Positions 38,995-51,588 of a stretch of 64,000 bases of DNA are shown piece by piece; positions within the stretch are counted from its first letter, which is position 1; each line of letters starts with the position of its first letter. The stretch is from Mobula hypostoma. Taxonomy: Eukaryota. The position numbers and the translations under genes are program-made. The DNA lies in contig NC_086097.1 of NCBI RefSeq assembly GCF_963921235.1, positions 220,722,001 to 220,786,000 of the forward strand. Reading direction: 5' to 3'. The notes under the pieces were generated by a model. The model did no database searches. It was not told where the DNA came from and saw only the letters and a program-made list of their open reading frames with translations.

Positions 38995-41900
38995 ATTATT
39001 TTCAATATTTTCTGTTTTTCCTGCAGTGTTTTCCTGCATAGCCAGCATTGTTCATTCTACAGATTTGCATTACATGGGTTATACGGTGCGATGTTGAAAC
39101 CATTGGTGGTAGGAAGGGATTATTAAGAATCAGCAGTAGATAAGAGTAAAATAGAATAAGAATATATTATAAATCAATCAGAGTAGTTTCCCTCTGTTGC
39201 CTCAGTTATTGCATTCGGAAGCCTGAAGACACACACACAAACATTCAGGAACAGCTTCATCCCCTCTGCCATCGGATTTCTGAATAGACATCGAACCAAT
39301 GAACACTACCTCGCTGCTTTATTATATTTGCACTACTTTTTTCTATTATTATGTATTGCATTGTACTGCTGCTGCAAAGGCAACAAATTTCATAACATAT
39401 GCTGGTGATATTAAACCTGATTCTGAGGGGAATATTAACAATGCCAATGATATAAACCAGAATTCGGGTAAAATTGTGGGAAGTCCTACAGAGGCCATGG
39501 CTGTCTTAAGACATTTACAGATGCTGTGGTTGCAGAGGTTTCACCGTTGAGCCACAAATGTCTTATACAATTTTGATTTATGTGTTTTAATCTTCTCCAT
39601 TGACTGTATGTGCACTGACCATCTGCTCAGGGGCCCATAGAATAAACTGATGAGTTGTAAATGAAAAGACAGATAGTTGAATATCACGAAAGGAAAATGT
39701 AGCAGTCAACGATCACTGAGCCATAAAGTGGGAAGGCTCCAGAGAGCAAAAGCTGTAAGGCTAAGAAAAAGGAGAGAGATTAACAGAGTCATCTCGAAAA
39801 TGAATACAGAGCAAATGGAAGAGAACAAGGAATGACCAAGAATGGCAAAGCAGTACAGAATAATGACAAACAAATATATTGATTGGGACTGATTCCTAAA
39901 GATTACATCAATGAATGGTAGCAATAAATAAAATAAAGGATATGAAAACCCTTGCCGCTGAGGAGGTGATGATACCTTTGGCATGACGAAGAATGATGTG
40001 TTTATGTTAGGCAGATATGTTGAGTATTTTATATTGATATCAAAAAGAATCTGGAAACCAAATTGGCTAATGAAACTGAACTAGACTGGACAACACTTGG
40101 AGTATCTTGGATAAGAATTTCCTTTATGTGGAAGATGACAGTTATTATAATCAAAATCAGGTTTATCATCATTGACAATATCTAAAAGCAAACATAAGCT
40201 GCATCTCTGAAGTAAAATGGGAAATGTTTGAGATATTCAGCAGTCAGGCAGCTTCTCTGGAGAAAGAAGCAGACTTAATATTTCAGGTCAATGATTCTTC
40301 TTCCATTTATATTAATCCACTCTGTTTTTGGATAAAGTGGATGCACTGTGAAAATAATTAAATGCTGGCATTTATAGACCCAGGAGCTCACTGAGTCAAG
40401 AGGAGAAAAGAAATTTTCTGTCAAGAAAAAGATGCATGTATTTGAGCTGTATTAGGCAACTTTTAGAAAGGCATAAATAATTTTTAAATGATCTTGGACT
40501 AAGTATTGTCATCCATAAACAAAGTTTAGGGTGACAAAGAGAAAATATTTTAAAAGTGAAATTTCAAAAGGACAGATATTGTGATGAGTTATAGAAATTG
40601 AAAATAAAACACACATAAAGTATTGAAATTCAGATCATCAGACTCCAACCAAGATATCCAGTCTTTGGAAGCAACATAGAGAAAGGTAGCTGAATTGATT
40701 CCAATAGTATGATTGTCACCTAAGATGACTGATTGAAGAATTTGGCTTGTTTGCACTATAGAGAAAGAACAAGAGGCATTCAAGATGAATATATCCTGTA
40801 TATTGAACTTAAGGGATATTTTAAAGCTGTCACAAACTCTTGAATGAACTCTAAAATGAAAAAAAGTAGACATGCACATTGTTCTTAATATATTCCTACA
40901 GAAATGATGAACATATGGAGGTAGAAATTGGTAGGTAACAAAAGCAAAAGCAACTGAACGTGGTTAGATCTGGAGCTCCACTTGTGGATTCTGAAGTTCC
41001 CCTATTTTCCCTGCAGTCTTTATGAAAGTTGAAAGAGAAACTGAAATTTTCTCTCTCTGCTATATATTCATACAATATTTAACATTAAAAACAAGAATAT
41101 CATTACCAGAGAGGGAAAAGGTGAATGCCAAGAATAACCGGGGCCCAGGGAGAAAGTTGCAAGCGATAAAGTACATCTATTGATCATGTAATGTTGTGAC
41201 CCACTGAGAATGCTGAATGAAATAAATTAATTCCCTCACTGAATATAATTAGGAATTTCTGCTCTCAGTCATATTATGTCTCTTAACAGAATTAACGGAG
41301 CACATTACCGCATTGGCTGTGTTTGAAGTGTACAATTCTCATTAAATTTGACTGGTTAAAAGAATGGTGATCCATCCAAAGCCATATTTCCTATGAGATT
41401 TTTAGAAATGGGGATGGTTGGAGAAATGTACACAGCTTCCTCTTTGAGAAAAGAAACAGCCCATGTTAGAGTAATATAGCATTGTCGTTATTAAACTCTC
41501 TAATCATTTTGGCACTAGTGGGAAGATCAGTATTAATTGCCCAGTGTTAATTATTCTTATGAGTGTAGTAGTGAGTCACCATCTTAAATTTCTGTTAGAT
41601 AGAGAGATCTACAACTCAACAGTTAAGAAAGTTCAGGATAGTGTGTAATGTGGTATTATTGGGTTCCTTACATCTACTGCCTTTCTTCCACAGATGCTAC
41701 CTGATCTGCTGAGTGTTTCCTACATTTTCTGCTTTTATTCCAGCAGATACAATCCATTAGGCCCAATCTTTCCTCAAACTGCCCTTTCCATGATACTTAA
41801 TAAAGCTTCATTTGTTCCACACCAAGGGACTGCTTAAGAGGAAGAAGATTGTGATAAATTGCATCCCCTTTGCACTGATCAACTGTTAACATCTTCATAG

Positions 41901-42653
41901 CCATGTGTATGGCTGTGTCACTGTAAATGTGACAAATACAACAAATGTGGTCATTTATTCTAGTTAAAAGTAATCATTGTATTATGTGACACTGAAAGAA
42001 AAACAGTGTTTTGTGAAATAATTTCTGGTTATACATTGCTATCAATACGCTTTCTGTGAACTACTGCACAGAAATGTGCAAGTCAATGCCTGCTTTCCCT
42101 ACCTATACAAGTCAAGATGCCTCAATTTTATCACAGACTGCACGACCATACATGTTTGTTCTGAAAGAGTTAGATACTAGAAAATCAGTGCAAACCTTAT
42201 GATTCCTGCTAACTGATGTAAGCACAGGCAACAATACAGCCTAATTGCCTTTTAATCACTGGACATGTTGGAAACTACTTAAAAATATAACACTATTCCT
42301 TTATCACCGCTGGATATAATCTTGAGTAGGGGTCTTGGGACTTATTCAAGATTCAGAATTGTGACACCGAAGATACAGCATTATATTTCCAAGTAAGTAT
42401 GGTGTGCACCTTGGAGGTGAACCTGCAGATGTTGCTCTTGTTCTTCAAGTTGACAAAGATAATGAATTTGGGAATTGCTGCTGAAGACATTAGTGCTCTT
42501 TGTAGGAGCTACTGTACACATAACCACAGTATGTTGGTGATAGAAGCAGTTGGTGATTGCAACAGTCATACCATCATGATTTCATAACCTGTGTTTCAGC
42601 ATTTGCAGAGCAAGCTAGCACACCTTCACAAGATCCATTCTGACTATACATCA

Positions 42654-42853
42654 AAAAACACAAAATGCTGGTGAACGCAACAGGCCAGGCAGCATCTCTA
42701 GGAAGAGGTACAGTCGACGTTTCGGGCCGAGACCCTTCGTCAGGACTCGGCCTGAAACGTTGACTGTACCTCTTCCTAGAGATGCTGCCTGGCCTGCTGC
42801 ATTTGCTGGTGAATTGCTTGAAATTCCAGCATCTGCAGATTTCCTCGTGTTTG
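42654..42853. mobile_element. 200-bp Penelope-derived palindromic insertion
   Basis: ~60-bp near-perfect inverted arms centred on the hammerhead; 14-bp TSD CTGACTATAC(A/G)TCA (42640-42653, 42854-42867). Confidence 0.9.
42711..42747 (-). ncRNA. Minimal type I hammerhead ribozyme motif (consensus-like)
   Basis: AGTC-CTGACGA-A-GGG-TCTCGG-CCC-GAAACGTC-GACTG. Confidence 0.85.
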
Positions 42854-44250
42854 CTGACTATACGTCATTTCAGTCACTTATACTTCATTGGAAACAGAAA
42901 CCACATATCATTGGTATTTAGCTCTGCTCCTGTACATCGCAGATGACTGACAATACATGGATACAAATGGAAATAATTAAGAGTCAACAGCCAGTGGATG
43001 TCTCACTATCCAACAGTTTGAATAGTCAATAGTACTTTGTTCTAGGTAGTCAAGCCTCCTCTTAAAGCAGAATTCCTTCCGGGAAGGAATTTCTCTCCCA
43101 ACTTTCACTCCATTACGTTCCTGACATCTGTCATGTGGGTGTTTGTAAAGCACTGGGGTGTCAGGAGGTGGATCAGAGATTTAGGATAACCAGCCTTAGG
43201 CCTGCTTTTGTGACCACTGTATTTTGATGGTCTAATTAATTTTTTCAGTCGGTGATGATCCCCAGGATTTTGATGTTGGGAGTTCACCAATGATTCTCCT
43301 TGACAGAAAGTTGAAGAGGAAGCAATTGAGCGTGATTAGTTTTGGAACTCACTGAATATATTCTTAAGTTATTACCACTTTTTACTTTCCTAGAGGCAGT
43401 CGGAAGGTAAAGCCAAAATTTTCTGCCTCTTCTGCAGTCACCATCTTCAATGATTTTCAAACAACAGAGATTAAAATCCCTCTTATTGGAAATGACCATT
43501 GTCTGCCCTTTGATGTGCAAATGTTTTGTGGAACATATTTTATTTTAGCAGATTATCCCCAAATATCAGGCCTGGATTAGCTCACTTGTGAATAGAATTG
43601 AACATAATGTGAACATCTCCACTTGCGATCTTGATGGAAGAACTGTAAGTAACAAAAGGCCACCACCCCCCAGACCGCTTTCAAAGATGTTTAGCATCAA
43701 ATAAAAACAACTATTTTCCTTTGCATTGAGCACCATTTCAGAGATGTCAAGACTGCTCCATTGCATCATACTTCATCCACACATCTTATGGATACACATA
43801 TCCTCTGCTCTTTCTGTGTGTTTCCTCGCTTCCCTGTTGTTCATCCATTAATCACCCTTGTTCAATGAGCAGTGCCATTCTGGTCCTTTGGTGTTATCCA
43901 CATCAAATGCCCTCCATCCATCAGATAAACACATGCCAACACACAGACTGGTTCTTTTCTTTTCAGAGCAGAAAACAGGAAAGGTCTCTCCACAGGTGAT
44001 GCAGCTCATAACCACAGAGAAATCATTGGGTGTAGGGGCAACCTCAATTTAAGCAGTGAGTACTAGAGACACGGTGGAGCAAATATGCTTACATCACAAG
44101 AAATGGTCATGCTGACTTGGTTTCAAAGGTGAGAAGGAGAAAAAGAAATCTTTAAACACGAGGAATTCTGCAGATGCTGGAAATTCAAGCAACACACATC
44201 AAAGTTGCTGGTGAATGCAGCAGGCCAGGCAGCATCACTAGGAAGAGGTA

Positions 44251-44290
44251 CAGTCGACGTTTCGGGCCAAGACCCTTCATCAGGACTAAC
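44251..44290 (-). ncRNA. Minimal type I hammerhead ribozyme motif
   Basis: GTTAGTC-CTGATGA-A-GGG-TCTTGG-CCC-GAAACGTC-GACTG. Confidence 0.85.
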
Positions 44291-44906
44291 CGAAAGAAGA
44301 GCTAGAGAGAGATTTGAAAGTGGGAGGGGGAGGGGGAGATCCAAAATGATAGGAGAAGACAGGAGGGGGAGGGATGGAGCCAAGAGCTGGACAGTTGATT
44401 GGCAAAAGAGATATGAGAGGATCATGGAACAGGAGGCCCAGGGAGAAGGAAAAGGGGGAGGGGAGGAAAAACCCAGAGGATGGGCAAGGGGTATAGTGAG
44501 AGGGACAGAGGGAGAAAAAGGAGAGATAGAGAGAAATAATGTGTGTTTATAAATAAATAACGGATGGGGTACAAAGGGAAGGTGGGGCATTAACAGAAGT
44601 TAGGGAAGTCAATGTTCATGCCATTAGGTTGGAGGCTACCCAGACGGAACATAAGGTGTTGTTCCTCCAACCTGAGTGTGGCTTCATCTTGACAGTAGAG
44701 GAGGCCATGGATAGACATATCAGAATGGGAATGGGAAGTGGAATTAAAATGTGTCGCCACTGGGAGATCCTGCTTTCTCTGGCGGACAGAGCGTAGGTGT
44801 TCAGCGAAACGGTCTTCCAGCCTGCGTCGTGTCTCACCAATATATAGAAGGCCACATCGGGAGCACCAGAGGCAGTATATCACCCTGGTCGACTCACAGG
44901 TGAAGC

Positions 44907-44942
44907 GTCCTGATGAAGGGTCTCAGCCCGAAATGTTGACTG
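44907..44942 (+). ncRNA. Hammerhead ribozyme motif (variant) at the inversion junction
   Basis: GTC-CTGATGA-A-GGG-TCTCAG-CCC-GAAATGTT-GACTG. Confidence 0.65.
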
Positions 44943-45049
44943 TACCTCTTTCTAGAGATGCTGCCTGGCCTGCTGCGTTCACCATCAACTTTTATGTGTG
45001 CAACAGGTGAAGTGTCACCTAAAAAAGGAGGACATCTCCTTCATCCTGG

Positions 45050-46043
45050 AACTTTCACCCTGCCCTCAAGTTCACCTGGTCCATTTCTGACACCTCTCTC
45101 CCCTTTCTTGATCTTTCTGTCTCTATCTCTGGAGACAGCTTATCTACTGATGTCTACTATAAGCCTACGGACTCTCACAGCTACCTGGACTATTCCTCTT
45201 CCCACCCTGTCTCTTGCAAAAATGCCATCCTCTTCTCACAATTCCTCCATCTCCGCCACATCTGCTCTCAGGATGAGGCTTTTCATTCCAGGACGAGGGA
45301 GATGTCCTCCTTTTTTAAAGAAAGGGACTTCCCTTCCTCCACTATCAAGTTTGCTCTCAAACACATCTCTCCCCTTTCACGCACATCTGCTCTCACCCCA
45401 TCCTCCCGCCATCCCACTAGGAATAGGGTTCCCCTTGTCCTCACCTACCACCCCACCAGCCTCCGGATCCAACATATAATTCTCCGCAACTTCCACCACC
45501 TCCAACAGGAACCCACCACTAAGCACATCTTTCCCTCCCCTCCCCCCCCGCTTTCCGCAGGGATCGCTCCCTACGCAACTCCCATGTCCATTCGTCCCCC
45601 CCATCCCTTCCCACCGTTCTCCCTCCCGGCACTTATCCTTGTAAGCGGAACAAGTGCTACACATGCCCTTACACTTCCTCCCTCACCACCATTCAGGGCT
45701 CAGACAGTCCTTCCAGGTCAGGAGACACTTCACCTGTGAGTCGGCTGTGGTGATATACTGCATCCGCTGCTCCCTATGCAGCCTTCTATATGTTGGCGAG
45801 ACCCGACGCAAGCTGGGAGACCGTTTCGCTGAACACCTACGCTCTGTCCGCCAGAGAAAGCAGGATCTCCCAGTGGCCACACATTTTAATTCCACGTCCC
45901 ATTCCCATTCTGATATGTCTATCCACGGCCTCCTCTACTGTCAAGATGAAGCCAGACTCAGGTTGGAGGAACAACACCTTATATTCCGTCTGGGTAGACT
46001 CCAACCTGATGGCATGAGCATTGACTTCTCTAACTTCCGCTAA
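45050..46043 (+). pseudogene. Penelope-like RT C-terminus/thumb + GIY-YIG endonuclease, frameshifted
   Basis: NFHPALKFTWSISDTSLPFLDLSV..DVYYKPTDSHSYLDYSSSHP..CKNAI..SQF.HLRHICS..VPLVLTYHP..VIYCIRCSLCSLLYVGETRRKLGDRFAEH..QPDGMSIDFSNFR*; frameshifts around 45540-45700. Confidence 0.88.
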
Positions 46044-46358
46044 TGCCCCATCTCCCCTTTGTATCCCATCCGTTATTTATTGATTGATTTATTTATTTAT
46101 TATAATAATTATTTTTTCTCTCTCTCCTTTTTCTCCCTCTGTCCTCTCACTCCTTGCCCATCCTCTGGGCTTCCCCCCTCCCCCTTTCTTTCTCACTAGG
46201 CCTCTCATCCCATGATCCTCTCCCTTCTCCAGCCTTGTATCCCTTTTGCCAATCAACTTTCCAGCTCTTAGATCCATCCCTCCCTCTCTTGTCTTCTCCT
46301 ATTATTTTGGATCTCTCCCTCCCCCTCCCACTTTCAAATCTCTTACTAACTCTTCTTT

Positions 46359-46400
46359 CAGTTAGTCCTGACGAAGGGTCTTGGCCTGAAATGTCGACTG
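46359..46400 (+). ncRNA. Hammerhead ribozyme motif
   Basis: CAGTTAGTC-CTGACGA-AGGGTCTTGGCCT-GAAATGTC-GACTG, ~320 nt downstream of the GIY-YIG stop, sense strand. Confidence 0.72.
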
Positions 46401-46965
46401 TAATTCTTCCTATAGATGCTGCCTGGCCTGCTGCGTTCACCAGCATTTTTTGTGTGTGTTGCTTGAAATTCCAGCATGTGCAGATTTCCTCGTGTTTGCA
46501 AGAAAAAACATATCATTGGTATTTAGCTCTGCTCCTGTACATTGCAGATGATTGACAATAAATGGACACAAATGGAAATAATTAAGAGTCAGTAGCCAGT
46601 GGACGTATCACCATCCCAAAGTCTGTTTAATCGGACATGCATGCAGACTTTGAGGACTGCTTGAGAATCATTAAGAAGTGCTTACAACATGAACAGTATT
46701 ACACTGACAGGTCTTCAAAGGACACCCAGCATAATTGCAGAAAACCTGGAGAAGCCTACTGCAAGCATGAATATGATGATTTTTTTTTTCTCTGGGACTA
46801 ATGCAGCCAGAGCCATGGAAAAATACATTGTCATCCTAATGGTACCACAAGTAAATTAGCCACACCTTGTCTCATGTGGCTGTACTAATCACTGGCACAC
46901 TAACATCAGTCAAATGTGCCTGTACAATGGGAAGGATGATGCTCAGAGTGGGCATGTATCTGGAG

Positions 46966-47330
46966 CAACGCACACAAAATGCTGGAGGAACTTAGCAAGA
47001 CAAGCAACATCTGTGAATGCACAGTTGACATTTCAGAGCGAGACCCTTCTTCAGGACTAAAAAGGAAGGGGGAAGACACCACAATAAAAAGGTGGGGGCA
47101 AGGGACAGAAGCTAGCTAGAAGGTGATAGGTGAAGCCAGGTGGGTGGGAAAGGTAAAGGGCTGAAGAGGAAGGAATCCGGCATCTTCCCCTTTCCTTTTC
47201 AGTCCTGAAGTCTCAGCTCACAACATGAACTGTTTATTAATTTCCACAGATGCTGCCTGACACGCTGAGTTCCTCCAGTATTTTGTGTATGATGCTTTGG
47301 ATCCCCAGCATCTACAGACTTTCTATTGTT
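46966..47330. mobile_element. Penelope-derived fold-back insertion with two opposed degenerate hammerhead motifs
   Basis: Inverted arms (cacaaaatgctggaggaact / agttcctccagtattttgtg); motifs ~47022-47058 (-) and ~47200-47232 (+); imperfect TSD atgtatctgg/atgtatgtgg. Confidence 0.75.
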
Positions 47331-49044
47331 TATGTATGTGGGCACTCATTAGACTTGCATTTGGGCAACAAGCTGCTTTGTATCCCCATGACATGTTCTG
47401 CATGTCAGATCTGTGAAGCATTTCCTTGGAGACATAAACCCAGGGAAGATTGCCCAAGTGCAACTCAGCATAGGGTTCTGAACAACCTACTATCTTTGCT
47501 AAAGCCAAACCGGTCAATGCATAAGAGACGTACAAATAAACGTTGGAGTCTGTGATAGGTTTGCATTAATATGTTTCAGAAAAATGTTATTTTGATTATA
47601 GTTTGCTAATTATTTAGCTAGCATAAAGACTTTTCACATTTTTTACTGTATCCATCCCTTATGACAAGCACTCTTAATGTATTAACCGGAGGAAGGAAAG
47701 GCCTGATCAATAGTTAGTTTATACAGAGTAAGTAGAGAGTAGCTGCTCCAATTAACAGATGGACAAGGATGCTGGAATTATGCAGAGAATAGTTATGATC
47801 TGAAAGTCACTGCCTGCGGGAGTGGTGAAAACAGAATCAATCTGTGCTTTCCGGCAGCAATTGTATCGCCTCTCTCAGTGTTGCGAGAATTCTCTACTGC
47901 TTTTTGTCCACGGATCTTTGAAATAGGAAAGGCTCAATGGCCTTTGAATTTCCAGGTGAAAGGGGTTCAAGCCAGGTTACTGATGGCTTATTTCAGCAGA
48001 GCACTAGGAGAATATTGTGGCAAGAAAATTGAGTGCAATAATATCCTTGATAGAAGCTAATACAGTGACCAGGCGACAGTAAATCCATCTTGATACAGAA
48101 GCCTGCCACTATTTGCCATAATAGTGTGAGCCCTGAGACAATGTTGTTCTGAGATTCCAAAGAAACTAAGACTGTGTGTTTTCTTTAAGTTGTACCTTTC
48201 CACTTCCCTGCTTCTCCATCCTCTGCCATTAGCCTCTTCGTAGTACTGCTGCTGGCCTGTGACCAGAACTGGGGTTCAGTCTACCGCGACATAAGTGACG
48301 CAGTGCTCATGCGATATGGCAAACTTCAAAACTACAGAAAGCAACCTTGTTATAGAATATATCCTCTCGGGAGAAAAAGCATAAGTCCATAAGACACATT
48401 CTTTCCTACTAGGTTAAATAAAACCAGTGATTACTGTGAAATTTTCCCGAAGGTTAATTGTCCCTCCTCAATTGCCAGTATTCCTGCCTTGCTTTCACAG
48501 TAAGTTCCAGGGTACCCAACTTAAGATGGACCAAAATGAACTGTTGAAGTATTGCACTAGCTGACAAAATTCCAGTTGATAACTGACAACCTATCTTCCC
48601 CATAAAGGATATGCTGATACAGTCAAGTGAATTGTGAAAGTCATTAGGTTGTTTTTTTTTGGCATCCTATCTGGTTCTAACCCCTGATATTCACATAAAC
48701 TGACACTGTCCTACGGATAAAAGCCCGGAGCACAATTCCTCCCATCTTGGAATTATAGTTCAGTCAAACTGTTGAAACCCGTACCATTTTATAATACCAT
48801 ATACTATATCACTTTGAACTTCAGTTGAAAATTAACATGGACCAAGTAGTATATATGTCATAATTAACATAAACAGTGGTGCCTATTCAAAATATCCATT
48901 GAAGCTTAGTCAGGTGAAAATTTCAAGTTTGGTGGATTTTGGTGGTTGAGATATTAAGTAGTATGAAACAGATGAATAAATGTAATTAAGTGGGAATTAA
49001 TTATCTAATTAAATTGTGGAAACTGCTTGAGGTCTGAAGAGTGT

Positions 49045-49185
49045 CATCCGGTCCTGCCGAAGTGTCTCGGCCCAAAACATCGATTGCACTTTTTCTCTCT
49101 CGATGCTGCCTGGCCTGCTGAGTTCCTCCAGCATTTTTTGTGTGTTGCTTGGATTTCCAGCATCTGCAGGTTTTTTCTTGTTTCT
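49045..49185 (+). mobile_element. Penelope-derived 3'-terminal fragment with degenerate hammerhead
   Basis: gtcctgccgaagtgtctcggcccaaaacatcgattg..gatgctgcctggcctgctgagttcctccagc..ccagcatctgcagg. Confidence 0.7.
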
Positions 49186-50572
49186 TATTTTTACTTTCTA
49201 ACTGGAAGAGGAGGATTCTGAAGATCATTGAGGAAACCACAGTAGACCTGGAGAGTAAAATTGGGACAGCACATTTGCCAGTAGTGGGTAGTGAGGGTAG
49301 TGTCATCATTTCTGATATATGACAACCTCATAATTATTTCTTTTTAGCTTTGTACTAAATCTCTATCATCTTTAATGTTCCCTGCAAAAGGATGACTTGA
49401 ATTGCAACCTGCTTAACTGCTGACCTTGTCATTACCCTCAGCTGCATATACGTTTCCTACAAAGAAATTAATCTTAATACAGGCTTCAACTCTGTTGCCA
49501 CTATATTTTGTTACCTGGAAGGTAATTTCCCTTTGATTTTAATGCTTGTTGTTGCTGTGTATTTGCTATAACAACAGTGTGCACATCTTATGATGTCTAC
49601 ATAATGTTGTCTCCCTGGTACTAGCTCCATGGCTGGAGCCTGGGCACTTAGCTATGGTGTTTCAGAGACTGACGTGCCCCTCGAGTTGTGCATGTAACCT
49701 GGGTTGTAGGTCACAGTAGTAGTACAATCATAGATGTTGTTTACTTCCACTTCCTTGCATACATGAAATTATCTGAGGGAAGGATACTAAGATGGGGAGC
49801 ATATCTGGCCAGTATGGGAGTCAGCAACATTAGACTCCTATCTTTGTATCACTATGCTCGATTAGGTATAAGCCAGATAACCAGATAATGATAACACTAT
49901 TGAAATACCAAGCAATCTATCACTCTCATCAACCTTATCCAAGGAGAAGGCGAAAGGATGATTTAAGGCCTGAATGGTATCATTTTGTGCATTCAGCGCA
50001 AAAAAAATTAAACTATTTGGCTGAAGCAATCTATGCTGATTCATGAGAGAGACCAAGGCTGGTTCGAGTATCTCCGTAAAGATTTCCCATTGATGAAGTA
50101 TTTTTTCATATTCAGAAAATAATCCTTTTAATATTGAGACTGGGATATTAATGTTTTCGAGATCCTCCATTCAATTTCACCATCTTTATGCTTCCAGTTT
50201 CTATTGTCTTGTATCCATTTGCAACAATAATAATTAACAAAAATAACAGTTATTATTGTTAATGCAAATATTGCATTTCACAGTATGTTTCAATGTACAG
50301 GTGACATATAAGTTTGAGTCTTGAATCCACCTCATTCATATTCTGTGCTCCAACATGCTCTTAAGCAAATTAATAAGTGTTTCAGAAAAAAATGTATACT
50401 GAGTGCAATTTTGTGGTTATTTGCTGGGGTAACACCAGCAAACCAGATTGCATGCCTGATCTTATTACAGTTTCCTTGTTTCTCTGCCGTATTTATGGAT
50501 ACTAGGGCAGAAGCAATAAATATATCCTCTATATGGTTTAGTAACATGTAGCTTCATGCATAACACTGCATT

Positions 50573-50774
50573 GTTGTTCCTTTCTGTGCCTTGTGGTGCA
50601 TCAGGTGGCAACTTTGCCATTTCTTTAGCATTTGTCTGTTTTTTTATGAGGCCGAGCTGCTAGCTTGATGCTCAACCCAGCACAGATGGAACATGTGAAA
50701 GAAGCCGGCTGGATATGAACCCAGGACCTCTCGCCTTGAAGTCCAGTGAGGATGCCACTACACCACCGGCTGGC
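50573..50774 (-). mobile_element. tRNA-derived SINE
   Basis: Minus strand A box TGGTGTAGTGG, B box GGTTCATATCC, (CAA)n tail; imperfect TSD ataacactgcat/atgacactgtat. Confidence 0.75.
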
Positions 50775-50909
50775 TTATGACACTGTATGGAAAGAGCTAA
50801 TCAATGCACAGTTTGGAGTCAGCCCAAGTAGTAAATAGACCAAATGAATGATCTTATATGTGAGCTTTTCCATATCCTATCCCTCCTTCAGGGTTCTCTG
50901 CCTTGTTTA

Positions 50910-51588
50910 GATTATGAGAACACTCAGTCCTCATTTATTGTCATTTAGAAATGCATACATGCATTAAGAAATGATACAATGTTTCTCCGGAGTGATATCA
51001 CAGAAAACAGGACAAACCAAAGACTAACACTGACAGAACCACATAATTATAACATACAGTTACAGCAGTGCAAAGCAATACCATAATTTGATGAAGAGCA
51101 ATCCATGGGCACGGTAAAAATAGTCTCAAAGTCCCCGAGTCAATCAACTCCCAAGTCCCCGATAGCAGGCGGCAAAAGGGGGAAACTCCCTGTCATAAAC
51201 CTCCAGGCACCGTCAACTGCCGATGAATTGGAAGCAGCCGACCACAGCTGACACTGAGTCCCTCCGTCCGAAAACTTCGTGCCTCCGACCAGCCCCTCTG
51301 ATACAGCCTCCCAAGCTCCATCCTCTGCCGAGCGCCTTTGACCTAGCACCAGCTGCTGAAACACGCAAAGCCGAGGATTTCGGGGCCTTCTGCTCCGGAG
51401 ATTCCGGTTACCATACAGTAGCAGCGGCAGCGAAGCGGGCATTTCAGAAGTTTTCCAGATGTTCCTCCGAAATCTCACATCCATCTCCATCAAATCAGAA
51501 TTGTGCACGGTCCCCTACTAGGCAGATTACAGATATCATTCACCGGAGAGGCCATGCGTGCTGCCGTCGCGCCGCCATCTTCTCCTCC
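50910..51588 (-). mobile_element. Non-autonomous retroelement with GC-rich 5' end (GGAGGAGAAGATGGCGG) and LINE-like 3' tail
   Basis: Sharp CpG-rich block; minus-strand 5' end with YY1 motif; 3' end gacaataaatgaggactgagtgttctcataatct. Confidence 0.55.

Larger units (their letters stand above)
44152..46499 (+). mobile_element. Penelope-like retroelement, 5'-truncated, with long inverted terminal arms
   Basis: 44152-44904 is the reverse complement of ~45728-46499; central plus-strand RT C-terminus and GIY-YIG; three hammerhead motifs. Confidence 0.9.

Noticed and set aside
44123..46555. Recurrent ORFs such as SPDEGSRPETSTVPLPIDAAWPAAF and MLVNAAGQAASIGRG (also at 26.3, 34.3, 62.8 kb)
   Set aside because: Translations of the non-coding Penelope 3' terminus/hammerhead; they recur because the repeat recurs, not because they are a protein family
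50700..50774. tRNA gene
   Set aside because: A/B boxes continue into a SINE body with tail and TSD, and a second diverged copy exists at ~3255; I saw no convincing cloverleaf
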